A DNA stretch of 64,000 bases from Octopus sinensis (lineage: Eukaryota), in contig NC_043000.1 in assembly GCF_006345805.1 (NCBI RefSeq), forward strand, positions 17,050,001-17,114,000. Reading direction: 5' to 3'. This document shows, one piece after another, positions 61,741 to 64,000 of this stretch. The notes under the pieces are model-generated. The model saw only the letters and a program-made list of their open reading frames with translations, searched no databases and had not been told where the DNA came from. Each line of letters begins with the position of its first letter. Position 1 is the first letter of the stretch. The translations under genes and the position numbers were made by a program.

Positions 61741-62790
61741 TTCTTGCAACAATAACAGGGCTTTGAAGAGGAGAACCAAAATCGAACAAGGTCCATATCA
61801 AGAGAAGCGCTGAAGAAAGATTTTGTGTCTTTGATATGAAATCACAGATGTTTTGAGAAATATTAATCTTTATAGAGTATACTAAGTTAGCTATTTTTCC
61901 GATAAAGGGTTGTAATTCTTGCAACAATAACAGGACTTTGAAGAGGAAAACCAAAATTGAACAAGGGCCATATCAAGAGAAGCGCTGAAGAAAGTTTTTG
62001 AGTCTTTGACATGAAATCACAGATGTTTTGAGAAATATTAATCTTTATAGAGTATACTAAGTTAGCTATTTTTCCGATAAAGTGTTGTAATTCTTGCAAC
62101 AATAACAGGACTTTGAAGAGGAAAACCAAAATTGAACAAGGGCCATATCAAGAGAAGCGCTGAAGAAAGCTTTTTTGAGTCTTTGACATGAAATCACAGA
62201 TGTTTTGAGAAATATTAATCTTTATAGAGTATACTAAGTTAGCTATTTTTCTGATAAAGTGTTGTAATTCTTGCAACAATAACAGGACTTTGAAGAGGAA
62301 AACCAAAATTGAACAAGGGCCATATCAAGAGAAGCGCTGAAGAAAGCTTTTTTGAGTCTTTGACATGAAATCACAGATGTTTTGAGAAATATTAATCTTT
62401 ATAGAGTATACTAAGTTAGCTATTTTCTGATAAAGGGTTGTAATTCTTGCAACAATAACAGGACTTTGAAGAGGAGAACCAAAATTGAACAAGGGCCATA
62501 TCAAGAGAAGCGCTGAAGAAAGATTTTGAGTCTTTGACATGAAATCACAGATGTTTTGAGAAATATTAATCTTTATAGGGGATACTAAGTTTGTTATTTT
62601 TCCGATAAAGGGTTGTAATTCTTGCAACAATAACAGGACTTTGAAGATGAGGACCAAAATCGAACAAGGGCCATATCAAGAGAAGCGCTGAAGAAAGATT
62701 TTGAGTCTTTGACATGAAATCACAGATGTTTTGAGAAATATTAATCTTTATAGAGGATACTAAGTTAGCTATTTTTGTGATAAAGGGTTA
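61741..62790. repeat. 6 x ~175-bp tandem array derived from the Tigger C-terminal segment
   Basis: TTCTTGCAAC recurs at 61741, 61916, 62091, 62268, 62444 and 62619. Confidence 0.92.
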
Positions 62791-62931
62791 CAATAATTTT
62801 GCTCTATCCAGAAAAATAGATTGAGGCAATACCCCTTAGATATATTGTTTAAAAAAATGTAATTTAGAATTTTTTACTTTTACTGTTTAACATATGTCTA
62901 TCCAAGGCATTTTCATAATTTTGTTCTGAAT

Positions 62932-63327
62932 CTCTTTTACTCTTTTACTTGATTTAGCCATTTGACTGTGGCCATGCTGGAGCACCGCCTTTAGTCAAGC
63001 AAATAGACCCCAGGACTTATTCTTTGTAAGCCTAGTACTTATTCTATCAGTCTCTTTTGCCAAATCGCTAAGTTAGGGCGACGTAAACACACCAGCATCG
63101 GTTGTCAAGCGATGTTGGGGGGATAAACACAGACACACAAACATATACACATGCAAACATACATAGATACATATATACGATGGGCTTCTTTCAGTTTCCG
63201 TCTGCCAAATCCACTCACAAGGCTTTGGTTGGCCCGAAGCCATAGTAGAAGACACTTGCCCAAGGTGCCACACAGTGGGACTGAACTCGGAACCATGTGG
63301 TTGGTAAACAAGCTACTCACCACACAA
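62932..63327 (-). mobile_element. CORE-like SINE
   Basis: Near-full-length reverse-complement match. Confidence 0.87.
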
Positions 63328-64000
63328 CATTTAGTAATCCTTTGTTTTATACGTTCTGAATGATATAAAGCTTTCTTTTCATAAATCCCAAGTCACTCAG
63401 AGGTTGGGAAATAAAAACAATTGGGAATGTGTATCATATGTGTGTGAGTGCCAATGAAACATGTTCTCTATATCACATCTGATATACAGGACTAGCAAAA
63501 GGTTAACAGAAAATCCTGATGATTATCCTGCAGAAGAAAAGAATCCTTTCCGATCCTAAATAGTTTCTTCTTTGCCTGCCACACTACTCTTTACTTTGTC
63601 TGCACAGTCTGCCAAACTCATGTAAGAAATTATGATTTTTCAATTGTTAATTTATAATTTTTGTTTATTTTCAAAAATTTTTTAATTATTTTTTTTTCCC
63701 CAAAAATCTAATTAATCATCCTTTCATTCTATAGATTATTTATATTATTTATCACATAACACTTTCCATGTTTACTTTTAATGTCTGTTAGCTTTCATAT
63801 CTTCAGGGGATATAGATATTTGAAATGAGATGTGGATTTTTTTCAATTATTTATTTTGTTTACCTTCATTCTTGTTATTATAATGGTGTCTTAATTTAAC
63901 TATTACTTCATTGTTTTTATTCTATATATTTATTTTTTCCCTGCTTATTTGTACTTTATTAATAATATTCAAAGGAATGCTTTGGGTGTATAGTTTCAGT

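Larger units (their letters stand above)
58190..62855 (+). pseudogene. Fragmented Tigger/pogo transposase fossil
   Basis: Collinear remnants: STICTILKRK (58285-58314), EAFICEKA (~59183), GFKASMGWF (59574), FNCEEMGF...YITQGEVKLPGQKLMKDR (59722), KALLV, KHLFRAYFEVT, LNSSWREL, IIEEI, RQYPLD. Confidence 0.75.

Noticed and set aside
61741-62790. CTGAAGA followed by a short hairpin in each 175-bp unit, suggesting a hammerhead
   Set aside because: It is followed by GACA rather than GAAA, has no stem I, and the unit is explained as Tigger coding sequence

Overview
AT-rich, microsatellite-saturated eukaryotic DNA made almost entirely of repeats. The SINE families look like those of Octopus (recognised from memory, not from a search). 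No host protein-coding gene is supported; nearly all track ORFs are microsatellite or SINE artefacts. The main signal is a set of type I hammerhead ribozyme (HHR) motifs in at least five unrelated Penelope-like (PLE) or retrozyme-type repeat families. These include: a ~5.3 kb inverted PLE structure with GIY-YIG and YRDD reverse-transcriptase fragments and an HHR at each outer end (5757-11162); a 3.5-copy ~362-bp tandem array with a perfect 118-bp 5' palindrome whose HHR core has a compensated U3:A8 pair (11175-12574); and a family whose HHR core has a G3:C8 swap (57.7 and 59.2-59.5 kb). Also present are a Tigger/pogo transposase fossil (58.2-62.9 kb) broken by five dispersed nested insertions and a 6x175-bp tandem amplification, RTE LINE relics, non-autonomous Helitrons, TTAA MITEs, modular tRNA-derived SINEs and unclassified tandem arrays. 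All alignments and folds were done by eye. Homopolymer indels between tandem units may be assembly errors.
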